Shown: positions 49,906-59,983 of the stretch, piece by piece
How positions within the stretch are numbered: position 1 is the stretch's first letter
Layout: each line of letters opens with the position of its first letter
NCBI GenBank assembly: GCA_902600245.1
Contig: CACKIQ010000001.1
Coordinates: forward strand, 835 to 64,834
From: an uncultured Pelagibacteraceae bacterium
GTDB lineage: Bacteria; Pseudomonadota; Alphaproteobacteria; Pelagibacterales; Pelagibacteraceae
DNA: 64,000 bases
Reading direction: 5' to 3'
Made by a program: the position numbers and the translations under genes
The notes under the pieces: model-generated
Told to the model about the DNA's origin: nothing
The model's input: the letters and a program-made list of their open reading frames with translations, nothing else
Database searches by the model: none

Positions 49906-51167
49906 TGAAGGTTTCAATTAATAAAGCAAAAAGAACTTTACTTGGTAATCGAAGAAGAGGGTACACTTTACCAACTAATAACAAACTTTATCCCGCTCAA
50001 TGGAATTGGGACTCTGCTTTTATAGCATTAGGTTATTCTTATTTTAATTTAAACTTTGCATTAAAAGAAATTAACACATTACTAGATGGACAATGGAAGG
50101 ACGGAATGGTTCCGCATATTTTATTTCATAATACAAAAACAAACTACTATCCAAATTATACTGCATGGAATTGTGGTAATAAAATTCATTCTTCTGGAAT
50201 AACTCAGCCACCAATATTAGCAACAATTTTAAAAGAAATCTTAGATAAAAATAAAATTAATAAAGCCCAACTTTTAAATATAAAAAAAATAATTAAAAAA
50301 ATTAAAAAATTTCATGAATGGTTCATTCAATTTAGAGATCCAAAAAAAATAGGTTTAGTATCAATTTTACATCCTTGGGAGAGTGGATACGATAATTCTC
50401 CAATATGGGATGAACCTATGAAAAAAGTAAAAATTGAAAAAAATATAAAATATAAAAGAGGTGATAATAAAGTTGTTAATCCAGATTATAGACCACTTGA
50501 TATAGACTACGATAGGTATGTCACAATTAAAAATAATTTAAAAAAAATGAAATATAATCCAAAAAAAGTTTATAAATCCTCATTCTTTAATGTTGTTGAT
50601 GTTGGCTTTAATTCTATATTTTTAAAAGCAAACAAAGACCTAGTTAAATTGCTAGATAAGTTTAATTTGAACACAACTAAAATTAACAATTATATAAAAT
50701 TAACAGAAAAAAATTTTCTAAAATTATATGATAGAAAAAAAGAAAGCTTTTTTTCAAAAGATATAAGAAACAACAAAAAAATTTTTATTCCATCAATAAC
50801 TAACTATTTCGTACTATTTGCTGATTTAAATAATAATAAAATTAACAAAAAACTAATTATAAGTTTAAAAAAATATAACCCTAAAAATAAATACTTCTTT
50901 TCATCGATTAAGCCAAATCATAAAAGCTTTGAGGAAAAAAGATATTGGAGAGGACCAGTTTGGATTAATTGCAACTGGTTTATATTCAAAGGATTAAAAA
51001 ATAAAGATAAGTCTTTTTCTGAAAAAATAAAAAAGCAAACTATTCAAATTTTAGAAAAAAAAGGTTTTTTTGAATATTTTAGCTGTAAGAACGGTCAACC
51101 AATGGGTGCAAAAAATTTTTCTTGGTCAGCAGCTCTTTATCTAGATTTAATGTTAAATAAAAATTAA
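49905..51167 (+). CDS. GH63/MGH1-like glycoside hydrolase (glucosylglycerate/mannosylglycerate/glucosylglycerol hydrolase-like)
   Basis: LYPAQWNWDSAF, GMVPHI, SGITQPP, HPWESG.DNSP.WD, YWRGPVWIN, FFEYF, FSWSAAL. Confidence 0.85.
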   Translation: MKVSINKAKRTLLGNRRRGYTLPTNNKLYPAQWNWDSAFIALGYSYFNLNFALKEINTLLDGQWKDGMVPHILFHNTKTNYYPNYTAWNCGNKIHSSGITQPPILATILKEILDKNKINKAQLLNIKKIIKKIKKFHEWFIQFRDPKKIGLVSILHPWESGYDNSPIWDEPMKKVKIEKNIKYKRGDNKVVNPDYRPLDIDYDRYVTIKNNLKKMKYNPKKVYKSSFFNVVDVGFNSIFLKANKDLVKLLDKFNLNTTKINNYIKLTEKNFLKLYDRKKESFFSKDIRNNKKIFIPSITNYFVLFADLNNNKINKKLIISLKKYNPKNKYFFSSIKPNHKSFEEKRYWRGPVWINCNWFIFKGLKNKDKSFSEKIKKQTIQILEKKGFFEYFSCKNGQPMGAKNFSWSAALYLDLMLNKN

Positions 51168-51529
51168 TCTTTTATTTTTTCCCATTCTGCTATTCCACCA
51201 GAAATATTTTTAACATTTTTAACTCCCATATCTTTCATAGTTTTAGTAGCAAGAGTACCTTGTCCGCCTACACCACAAAAAACTACAAATTCTTTATCTG
51301 GATTATTTTTAAAAATATCATTTTCTAAAGGACTTCCTTCTGCTAAATAAAATTCTAGTAATCCTCTATCCATATGAATGGCATTTCCTATTGTGCCCTT
51401 AGAAAAGCTTTCTTTATCTCTTACGTCAATAAATTGGACATTAGAGTCATTTAATTTTTGTTTTGCTTCTTCTGCAGTAATATTTTCTATCTCACTTCTA
51501 ACACTCATTAACTCTTCAAATTTTTTCAT
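51164..51529 (-). CDS. Rhodanese-like sulfurtransferase
   Basis: IDVRD, FCGVGGQG, GGIAEW. Confidence 0.88.
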   Translation of the reverse strand: MKKFEELMSVRSEIENITAEEAKQKLNDSNVQFIDVRDKESFSKGTIGNAIHMDRGLLEFYLAEGSPLENDIFKNNPDKEFVVFCGVGGQGTLATKTMKDMGVKNVKNISGGIAEWEKIKD

Positions 51530-51546
51530 ATAAAATCCTTTAACAA

Positions 51547-52833
51547 TTAGTTTGAAAATCCGTATTTTCTTAATCTCACATCACCAGTTCTTGCATGAGC
51601 TTCCATACCTTCATATCTAGAAATTCTTGCACAAGCTGCACCTACTTCTTTGGTAGCCTCTTTACTCATTCTTTGGAAGCTTAGAGTTTTGATAAATTTT
51701 CCAACAAATAAACCACCTGTATATTTTCCAGCACCTTTAGTTGGTAAAATGTGATTTGTACCTGAACATTTATCACCATAAGCAACTGTTGTTTCTTCTC
51801 CTATAAATAAAGAACCATAATTCTTAAGTCGATCATGATACCATTGTAAATTTTTTGTCTGCACTTCTAGGTGTTCTGGTGCATAATCATCACTTACTTT
51901 TGCAATTTCTTCATCAGTATCGCATAATATTATTTCACCATAATCTCTCCATGCTGCTCCAGAATTTTCTCTGGGTAAATCTGGTAAATCCTCAATTAAT
52001 TCTGGAACTCTTTGCAGTACATAATCAGCAATTTTCTTACTTTTTGTAAACAACCATGCTGGAGAATTGTAACCATGCTCTGCTTGTCCAACTAAATCAT
52101 AAGCCACCATTTCAGGATCAGCTGTCTCGTCTGCTATGACTGCAATTTCTGTAGGCCCAGCAAATAAATCAATACCAACTTTACCAAATAAAAGTCTTTT
52201 TGCTTCGGCAACATATTGATTGCCTGGTCCAACTAAAATATCAGCTGGAGCATTTCCAAATAATCCATTAGTCATTGCTGCAATAGCTTGAACTCCGCCT
52301 AAATTCATTATCACATCAGCACCACACAAATCAGCTGTATAAACAATAGAAGGGTGAACACCAATACCAGGTTTTGGTGAACTACAGACTAAAATATTTT
52401 TAACACCAGCTACTTTTGCTGTAGTAACGCTCATAACTGCGGAAGCTATGTGAGCATATCTACCAGCTGGAACATAGCACCCAGCAGTATTTACAGGTAT
52501 TAGTTTTTGACCTGCAAAAAGACCATCAGATAATTCAACTTCAAAATCTTGACCATAATTTTTTAATTGTGCTTCTGCAAATTTTCTAACTCTTTCGTGA
52601 GAAAATTGAATATCATCTTTTGTTTTTTGATCTAAATTTTTTTTAATTTCTTCTATTTTTTCTTTAGAAACAATGACATCACCTTCATATTTATCAAATT
52701 TTTTTGAAAGCTCTTTACAACCTTCTTCTTTAGTTTTTTCAATATCTTTTAGAATATTTTCAACTATCTCTCTTGTTTTAGTATCATCTGTTGATGAGGT
52801 TTTAGGTGATTTTTTAAGATATGTTATTGCCAT
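51547..52833 (-). CDS. hpsN: Sulfopropanediol (DHPS) 3-dehydrogenase, HisD paralogue
   Basis: HisD fold with HpsN-type motifs as I recall them: ITYLKK start, GRYAHIASA, QAEHGYNSP, AAWRDY, YGDK..GTNH. Confidence 0.8.
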   Translation of the reverse strand: MAITYLKKSPKTSSTDDTKTREIVENILKDIEKTKEEGCKELSKKFDKYEGDVIVSKEKIEEIKKNLDQKTKDDIQFSHERVRKFAEAQLKNYGQDFEVELSDGLFAGQKLIPVNTAGCYVPAGRYAHIASAVMSVTTAKVAGVKNILVCSSPKPGIGVHPSIVYTADLCGADVIMNLGGVQAIAAMTNGLFGNAPADILVGPGNQYVAEAKRLLFGKVGIDLFAGPTEIAVIADETADPEMVAYDLVGQAEHGYNSPAWLFTKSKKIADYVLQRVPELIEDLPDLPRENSGAAWRDYGEIILCDTDEEIAKVSDDYAPEHLEVQTKNLQWYHDRLKNYGSLFIGEETTVAYGDKCSGTNHILPTKGAGKYTGGLFVGKFIKTLSFQRMSKEATKEVGAACARISRYEGMEAHARTGDVRLRKYGFSN

Positions 52834-52892
52834 TTAACTCCTTTAAATTTATTTTTATTTAAATGAATTTTTCCTTAATTTCAATGAAACAT

Positions 52893-53804
52893 TTAGTCTA
52901 ATGCCACTACTGCAGCAGCAATTGAAGCTAATCGTGCTTGGGCTTCATCAGATCTACTTGTTATAACGACTGGCACTTTTCCACCCACAACAACTCCTGC
53001 GGCACATGCACCACTGAAATATATCAACATCTTAACCAAAGCATTTCCAGTTTCTACACTCGGTACCAACAAAACATCTGCTTCTCCAGCAACTAAATTT
53101 TTAATTCCTTTTATTGCTGCTGACTTTTTTGAAACACTATTGTCAAATGCTAAAGGGCCAAAAACATCTGCTTTTAAGTTTTCTTCTTTAGCTAATTTTG
53201 TAATTTCAGCAGCCTCAATAGAACTTGGTACACTTTCCAAAACCTCTTCTGTTGCAGATAAAACAGATATTTTAGGTCTTTCAATTCCTATTCGATTTGA
53301 AAAATTAACAACATTCTTAAGTATATGCATTTTAGTTTTAATATTTGGTAAAACATTTAATGCTCCATCAGTAATAATTAACGGTTTATCCTCTTTATCG
53401 ATAGTCATGTGCCAGATATGACTAAGTCTTGTTTTACCAAGCAAATTATATTCTCTTTTTAAAACTTCTTTCATTAAAACATCGGTATGAATATGACCTT
53501 TAACTATTATTTTTATTTTACCTTCACTTGCTAATTTAGCTGCAATTTTTGCTGTATCGTTTTCCGCAGGAACATGGATGAGTTCATATTTAGAAATATC
53601 CCATTTTATATCTTCAGCACATTTTTGAATTTCTACTTCATGACCTATAAAAATTGGCTCAATTAGATTTTCATTAACAGCATCTTGAACAGCCAGCATT
53701 GGTAAGGGTTTCCCAGCATTTACAACGGCAGCCTTAACTCCTTTTTTTTTATGAGCTAAATCTAATAAGTTATTTGGGCAGATTATTTCTTTGTTTGAAA
53801 GCAT
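52893..53804 (-). CDS. Phosphate acetyl/butyryltransferase
   Basis: KGHIHTD, ITDGALN, GPLAFDN, GN.LVK, ITSRSD. Confidence 0.88.
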   Translation of the reverse strand: MLSNKEIICPNNLLDLAHKKKGVKAAVVNAGKPLPMLAVQDAVNENLIEPIFIGHEVEIQKCAEDIKWDISKYELIHVPAENDTAKIAAKLASEGKIKIIVKGHIHTDVLMKEVLKREYNLLGKTRLSHIWHMTIDKEDKPLIITDGALNVLPNIKTKMHILKNVVNFSNRIGIERPKISVLSATEEVLESVPSSIEAAEITKLAKEENLKADVFGPLAFDNSVSKKSAAIKGIKNLVAGEADVLLVPSVETGNALVKMLIYFSGACAAGVVVGGKVPVVITSRSDEAQARLASIAAAVVALD

Positions 53805-53898
53805 TTGTTACAAATATGTGAAAAAAATGTTCATGTACACAGAAAATTTCTGTAAAATATAGATAAAATAATTTTATAGGTTTATACTTTATTTAGAA

Positions 53899-54750
53899 AT
53901 GGAGATAGTAACCAAGATAGCACCAATTATTTTAGCTTTGATAATGTTAGGCTTAGGCCTAGGATTAAAGCTTGAAGATTTTGGCAGAGTGTTAAGAATA
54001 CCAAGAGATTTTATTGTTGGTTTTATTTCTCAATTAATAATTCTTCCAATTGTAGCATACATATTAATTTTAATTTTTAAAACACCTCCTGAAATAGCAA
54101 TAGGGGTTATGATAATTGCTGCAGCACCAGGAGGAGTAACGTCTAATGTGATGACAAAATTTGCTGACGGAGATGTTGCGTTATCAATATCTTTAACTGC
54201 TGTAATAAGTTTACTAAGTATAATTACAGTTCCTTTAATAATTTTTACATCTGCAGAGATGTTAGGGATAAAAGCAGTTTCTCAAAATATTTCAATGACA
54301 GGAATAGCTCTAAAAATGTTTTTAGTTGTAACAGTGCCAGTAATTTTAGGAATGATTATCAGAAAATTTGCTGAAAATTTTGTAGCTTCTAAAGTTGAAA
54401 TATTTAATAAACTTAACATAATTTTGTTTGCTATTTTTTTCGTAGCAGCTTTTTATGAAGAAAGAGAAAATATTCTAAGCTTTATAAAACAAGCAGGTTT
54501 AATTGCTTTAATTTTAAATATTTCAATGATGGTTATTGCCTATTACATTGCAAAAGCTTTTACTTCAGGAGTTAAACAAATGAAGTGTATTGCTTTAGAA
54601 TGTGGATTACAAAATGGTACATTGGCGTTATTCGTTTCTACACAAATATTTGGCACTGATATATTATATGCGATACCAACAGGTGCTTACGCACTAATCA
54701 TGTATATAACAGGATTTATTTTTATTTATATTTTAAAAAAGACTAATTAA
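53899..54750 (+). CDS. Bile acid:sodium symporter (BASS) family transporter
   Basis: PGGVTSN, GDVALS, ECGLQNG. Confidence 0.9.
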   Translation: MEIVTKIAPIILALIMLGLGLGLKLEDFGRVLRIPRDFIVGFISQLIILPIVAYILILIFKTPPEIAIGVMIIAAAPGGVTSNVMTKFADGDVALSISLTAVISLLSIITVPLIIFTSAEMLGIKAVSQNISMTGIALKMFLVVTVPVILGMIIRKFAENFVASKVEIFNKLNIILFAIFFVAAFYEERENILSFIKQAGLIALILNISMMVIAYYIAKAFTSGVKQMKCIALECGLQNGTLALFVSTQIFGTDILYAIPTGAYALIMYITGFIFIYILKKTN

Positions 54751-55705
54751 TATTCATTTGATTAAAAATTCTAATAATTAATTTTGTTAAATCTTTTATT
54801 ACTTCATTTTGGTTTTTTGATGCAACTTTCAATTCTTGATCTGAAAAGTTAATCGTAATCAATTTTTGATTACTTATTTTTAAAATATTTTTTCTTTGTA
54901 AAAATTTAAGTTTTCTAATAACTGTTGATCTAGGTATTTTTGATATATCAGATATTGACATAGCATTTAGACCCACTTTATCAGCATTTGAAATTTCAGA
55001 ACGCCACTTTTTTAAATTCAAATCTTTATTTCTAAATTCTTTGTGAGTCACTGCATTGTATAATATTAATAATCCAATACAGACTGTTTCTAAGTCAGAA
55101 TATTGTTTTTTTAATTTATCAACATAACTAAATAAAAATTTATAGAATTGATACCAACAAAAAGAGAAATTTTTTTTAATTACTGAGGTAATATTTTCTG
55201 AGGAAATAGAATTTTTAGTGATTTTATTTTCAACTAAAATTTTACTAAATACTGAGAGAAAAGTAGAGATATTTTTAAGTGTTTCTCGAGGTTTAATCGT
55301 ATCATAGGCCGACCTATCAATAATAATTTTTTTTCCTGATTTTTTTATAACACCAGTTTTTTCAAGCGATATTATCTTTCTCCTTACACTCTCCTTAGGT
55401 ATTTTTAAATCTTTAGATATATTTATTAAATTAATTTTGGGAATTTCTAGTATTTTATCTTTATAAAAGGTTTCGTAATCAACAATAATTCCATTTTTTC
55501 TATAGAATATAAGATCAGTGTTAATAAGATAAATTAAAATTAAATATTTTTCTATGTCTTTAAAATTTGAAAAGGCACCTATAAACCAATCTACTAATAA
55601 TTTATATAATAATGGACTTAATTTATTAAAATTCTTGTCAATTATTCTCTCAACTTTTTCATCTACCAGGTTTAATTCTGAGTATACTGATGGAATTTGT
55701 TTCAT
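54743..55705 (-). CDS. Hypothetical protein with two winged-HTH-like repeats
   Basis: INLINISKDLKIPKESVRRKIISL and LNAMSISDISKIPRSTVIRKLKFL are internally similar HTH-like segments. Confidence 0.7.
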   Translation of the reverse strand: MKQIPSVYSELNLVDEKVERIIDKNFNKLSPLLYKLLVDWFIGAFSNFKDIEKYLILIYLINTDLIFYRKNGIIVDYETFYKDKILEIPKINLINISKDLKIPKESVRRKIISLEKTGVIKKSGKKIIIDRSAYDTIKPRETLKNISTFLSVFSKILVENKITKNSISSENITSVIKKNFSFCWYQFYKFLFSYVDKLKKQYSDLETVCIGLLILYNAVTHKEFRNKDLNLKKWRSEISNADKVGLNAMSISDISKIPRSTVIRKLKFLQRKNILKISNQKLITINFSDQELKVASKNQNEVIKDLTKLIIRIFNQMNIN

Positions 55706-55843
55706 AATATAAAAAACCCAATCTGAACAAAAAAATATTCTTAGTCAAGTTTCTTTAAATTAATTTTTGTATAACTTTTAGAAAAGCAAATTCTGCACCA
55801 AGTAAATCGTTGTTTTTTTAAATTTTATATATAAAATTTATAA

Positions 55844-56857
55844 ATGTTTGAAAAATTAGAAGAATTAGCAAAAAATAACAAAAAAATTTCAGATTTTCAT
55901 ATTAGAACTGGTTGGCCTCTAGCATATAGACAAACAGGAGAAATTCATAAGGTTCCTGAAGTAATGGTTAAATCACAAGATCTACATGACTTAATTTCTA
56001 CTAATTGTAATGAAGTAGAGTCGAAAAGATTCAATGATACTCATGAACTTGATTCATCTGTTACTTTGAGCGGATTAAGATTTAGAGCTAATTTTTATAA
56101 AACAATTCACGGACCTGCTGCAGTTTTAAGGAGAGTTGAAAGTGTAATTCCAGAAATGGGTCAATTTGATTTACCACAAGTTCTTTATGATATTGTTGAT
56201 ATGCATAAAGGTTTAGTTTTAGTAACTGGTCCTACTGGTTCAGGTAAATCAACAACACTTGCAGCAATCATTAATGAGATCAATAAAAGTAGGACTGCAA
56301 ACATTATTACAGTTGAGGACCCAGTTGAATTTATTCATAAAGATTTAAAAAGTATAGTCTCACATAGAGAAGTAGGAAAACAAACAGAGACTTTTGCAAG
56401 TGCATTAAAAGCAGCGCTCAGGGAAGATCCTGATGTAATTTTAGTTGGTGAGATGAGAGATTTAGAGACAGTTTCACTAGCTCTAACGGCTGCTGAAACA
56501 GGTCATTTAGTATTTGGCACTTTACACACAAGCGGAGCTCCAAACACAATTAATAGAATAATAGATGTATTTCCTCCTGAACAACAAGCTCAAATAAGAG
56601 CACAAATTTCTACATCATTAAAAATGGTAGTGACGCAAAGACTTCTTAAAACTAAAGATGGACAAGGACGATGTGCAGCATTTGAAGTTATGAAGTGTAC
56701 TGCACCAATTCAAAATTTAATAAGAGAGTCTAAAATTCATCAAATTCCAAGCATAATGCAAACTGCCGTTAGAGATGGTATGATTACTATGTCAAAATCA
56801 TTAGAGAATTTAGTTAACGCAGGAAAAATTGATGCCGGTGCCGGAAAAGAAGATTAG
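55844..56857 (+). CDS. pilT: Type IV pilus retraction ATPase PilT
   Basis: GPTGSGKST, EDPVE, LREDPDVILVGEMRD, TGHLVFGTLH; PIQNLIRE is the AIRNLIRE motif. Confidence 0.93.
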   Translation: MFEKLEELAKNNKKISDFHIRTGWPLAYRQTGEIHKVPEVMVKSQDLHDLISTNCNEVESKRFNDTHELDSSVTLSGLRFRANFYKTIHGPAAVLRRVESVIPEMGQFDLPQVLYDIVDMHKGLVLVTGPTGSGKSTTLAAIINEINKSRTANIITVEDPVEFIHKDLKSIVSHREVGKQTETFASALKAALREDPDVILVGEMRDLETVSLALTAAETGHLVFGTLHTSGAPNTINRIIDVFPPEQQAQIRAQISTSLKMVVTQRLLKTKDGQGRCAAFEVMKCTAPIQNLIRESKIHQIPSIMQTAVRDGMITMSKSLENLVNAGKIDAGAGKED

Positions 56858-57602
56858 CGGATTTTCACTTCTAGAACTAATCGTTGTAGTAGCCTTAATT
56901 GGAATAATATCTGCAATTTCTTATCCAAATATAAGCGACTGGAGAAAGAATAGAGAAGTGCAAAGTGATATTGTTAAAATAAGATCTTTATTTGATGGAA
57001 TTTTCGCTCAGGTACAAAGAGGTCATTACGCATTTGTACAAGTTCATGTGGAAGATGATTCAGGTACATTAACTATTACTACTAAAGGCATGAAACCAAA
57101 AACATTAGCTTCATATATTAGAGAGGATCGTGCTTCAGGTAATTGGTGGAATGTTGGTTTAGACAGATGTGCTACAGATCATGATGCAGATTTTCCTGCT
57201 TGGGACGACGATCCAACTAATGGAACCGATACAATTGAAGTAAGGCAAGAAGAATTTAATAATATAATCACCACATGGTCTGAAAACAAAGGAACAGTTT
57301 GTTTTAGTAAAAGTGATAAATGGTATACTGGGTCTGGACAATTAGCTTCTTCACTGGTTATAGATGATGGTGATTATCGAGTAAAAGAAACTATAGTTGA
57401 TAACATCTTATTTCTTTGTTCAAAAAAAACTGAAAGTACAACAACATGTGATGTGTCTTCTAGCACAGGATTACCTAATACACACCATGAACATTTGTAT
57501 AGTATAGAATGGTCTAGGTTCGGTAATATAAAAATGGAAAAATTTAATTTTACTAACAAACAAACACCAACTAAGGTAGGGAATTGGGTTGAGATACAGT
57601 AA
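56832..57602 (+). CDS. Prepilin-type protein (FimT/FimU-like minor pilin)
   Basis: Class III signal G|FSLLELIVVV. Confidence 0.85.
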   Translation: MPVPEKKISGFSLLELIVVVALIGIISAISYPNISDWRKNREVQSDIVKIRSLFDGIFAQVQRGHYAFVQVHVEDDSGTLTITTKGMKPKTLASYIREDRASGNWWNVGLDRCATDHDADFPAWDDDPTNGTDTIEVRQEEFNNIITTWSENKGTVCFSKSDKWYTGSGQLASSLVIDDGDYRVKETIVDNILFLCSKKTESTTTCDVSSSTGLPNTHHEHLYSIEWSRFGNIKMEKFNFTNKQTPTKVGNWVEIQ

Positions 57603-58182
57603 AACTTATAAAAAAGCAATTTCTGGGCTATCAATTCTTGAGGCCATTGTCTCAACAGCGATTGTTGGTATTGGATTTATAGCAATTTTACAGATGACTA
57701 ACTATTCAGTTCAGTCAATAGATAATTCAGGGGATAGAACAAAAGCTAACTTTCTAACCAGCATGTTGGTAGAAGATGTTATTGGACATAGAGATACAAC
57801 TTATAATAATAAGTCGTTAATAGAGAATTTTTCTGAAAACCCTTGGCAAGCAACTTTAAATTGTGGAGGTGGTTCAACTAACCAAAATATTAAAAATAAT
57901 ATCTACGACGTACAAAAAAATAGTGCGTACAAAAATAAAGATGAAAAATGGAAAACGATAATTAATCAAAACAGATTTTTAAAATGTAAAAATGATAGTG
58001 AGACAAAAAAATTGGAAGTGTTCAAAGTATGTAATTGGAGCGGATCTGAATGTGCAAATCAATCTGTAGGTTATAATGTCAAAGATTATCCTATGTATAT
58101 TGGAAGGGTAGAAATGAAACTTAATCGTGGGAAAAAGAGAAAGTTTATTTACTTTCAAGCTGATTACAAAATGAGGGATTGA
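57589..58182 (+). CDS. PilV-like minor pilin
   Basis: G|LSILEAIVS; second position in the minor pilin cluster. Confidence 0.75.
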   Translation: MRYSKTYKKAISGLSILEAIVSTAIVGIGFIAILQMTNYSVQSIDNSGDRTKANFLTSMLVEDVIGHRDTTYNNKSLIENFSENPWQATLNCGGGSTNQNIKNNIYDVQKNSAYKNKDEKWKTIINQNRFLKCKNDSETKKLEVFKVCNWSGSECANQSVGYNVKDYPMYIGRVEMKLNRGKKRKFIYFQADYKMRD

Positions 58183-59162
58183 TGGTGATTAAATACAAAT
58201 CAGATAAAGGTTTAACTTTAATTGAAATTTTAATTGGAATTATAGTTTCGTCTGTGATGATGTTAGCAATATATACAACTTACTCAATTATCAACACAAC
58301 TTACGGACAAGTTGTTGACAAAGCCTCCATCAGCAAATCATCAAGAGATTTAATTGAAATTTTAATAAAAGACATAAGAATGTCAGGTTTCAAATATTAT
58401 CATGGAGAAAATGATAAAGGATATCCTAAGGACACTTATTTAGACGTAAAAGGGGGAGATGTTTCAATTGCTGAAACTCACGATCCTATTGTAATTGAGT
58501 CTGATAAGTTGGGATATTTAAGACCTGGAGATACAGAAAGCGATCAAGAAAGAAAAGAAAAAATTAAAAATAATGCTGAGAAAGATGTATGTTGTGATCG
58601 AATTCATATCGTCTATGATGATTTCGATCAGAACGATGAATATCAACCATACAAAAGATATAAATTTACATATTATGCTAAAGCAAGGTTTGGTGAAGAA
58701 AATGAAATCACGGACGGACAAACAACAACAACTAGGATAAATCCAAGATACGCAATCTATAAATCAAAAGCAAGTTGGATACAAAAGAGAACATCTACAA
58801 CTGGGAATTTTCCTACTACCGGTGAGTGGGATTACAATTGTTTTGAATGTTATCATGATCAGTTGATAAGAGATTATGTAGAAGACATGGAATTTATTGC
58901 TTTGGATAAAGATGGAAAAAAATTAACACCTCACCCAACCTCAATTACAAATGAAGGAAGAGATAATTTATATAAAATTAGAGCAGTAGACATACGAATT
59001 TCATTTAGATCAAAAAAAGAATTTTTTAGATTTAATCCCACTACGGGTAAAGAGAGAAAACTTTTTGGTTTTTCAAGAAATGCTAGAACGTTTAATGACA
59101 GATATCTAAGAGATAGTGTTGTTGTAACAGTTTTTACTAGAAATATTTATGATGGCAAATAA
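58182..59162 (+). CDS. PilW-like minor pilin
   Basis: KG|LTLIEILIG and DIRMSGF. Confidence 0.8.
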   Translation: MVIKYKSDKGLTLIEILIGIIVSSVMMLAIYTTYSIINTTYGQVVDKASISKSSRDLIEILIKDIRMSGFKYYHGENDKGYPKDTYLDVKGGDVSIAETHDPIVIESDKLGYLRPGDTESDQERKEKIKNNAEKDVCCDRIHIVYDDFDQNDEYQPYKRYKFTYYAKARFGEENEITDGQTTTTRINPRYAIYKSKASWIQKRTSTTGNFPTTGEWDYNCFECYHDQLIRDYVEDMEFIALDKDGKKLTPHPTSITNEGRDNLYKIRAVDIRISFRSKKEFFRFNPTTGKERKLFGFSRNARTFNDRYLRDSVVVTVFTRNIYDGK

Positions 59163-59919
59163 CAAAATTTTAAATAAAAAACAAAAACCAAATGGATTTA
59201 CTTTAGTAATGTCGTTGGTTTTATTATTGGTAATGTCACTTATGGGAGGAAGCTTAATTGTGATAGCATCAGGTGACCATCAGAGTAACAACACAAGTGA
59301 CGAGTATCAACAAACATTTTATGTTGCAGAACATGCGCTCCTAGAAGGTGAAAAATATATAATTAATAAAATGAGAGGAGAATTTAAGGATACAGGTGGA
59401 AATGCACCTTCTGAAGGTGATGGTCCATTTACTGGTTTTGAACAAGGTGGTGAAGAAGGTGGTGATGAAGAAGGTGGAGAAAGTTTAGTCAAAGATCAAG
59501 AAGTTGAAAGAGATGTTTCTACAAGAGTGACTCCAAAAAATATAGTTGATCCACAAAATACACCTTGCTTCAATAGTTTTAAAAATTTAACAAACAATAA
59601 AGTTGCAAATCATGAATACAATTTAAATTTTGGAGGATTACTTACAAACATAATTTTACAAGGAGAAGATTCAACTAAAGAACAAAGTTATATGAACCGT
59701 TATAGGTTTGAATTTTTTTCAGTGAATGCAGGAGTAAGAATTTTTAAAGGCGAGGGGTTCAGCGTTAAAAAAGGTTCTACTGGTCAAGAAGGAAGAAGAG
59801 GTACAGTTTTCAAAATTTATGGATGTGGTTATTTTATGCCAAAAAACGCTGGAGATAATGAGTATGATAATCCAGAAATATTAATACCTTTAGAAACAAT
59901 TATTGTTGTATCAAGTTAA
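59149..59919 (+). CDS. PilX-like minor pilin
   Basis: G|FTLVMSLVLLL lacks E5; FYVAEHAL.EG. Confidence 0.82.
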   Translation: MMANNKILNKKQKPNGFTLVMSLVLLLVMSLMGGSLIVIASGDHQSNNTSDEYQQTFYVAEHALLEGEKYIINKMRGEFKDTGGNAPSEGDGPFTGFEQGGEEGGDEEGGESLVKDQEVERDVSTRVTPKNIVDPQNTPCFNSFKNLTNNKVANHEYNLNFGGLLTNIILQGEDSTKEQSYMNRYRFEFFSVNAGVRIFKGEGFSVKKGSTGQEGRRGTVFKIYGCGYFMPKNAGDNEYDNPEILIPLETIIVVSS

Positions 59920-59983
59920 AAATGACAGTTTTAAATTTAAAATTTTATATTTATAAAATAAGTAATTTTTGTATCATAAAAAA

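Noticed and set aside
51547-52833. Housekeeping hisD
   Set aside because: No his genes are adjacent and the motifs match the HpsN subfamily better
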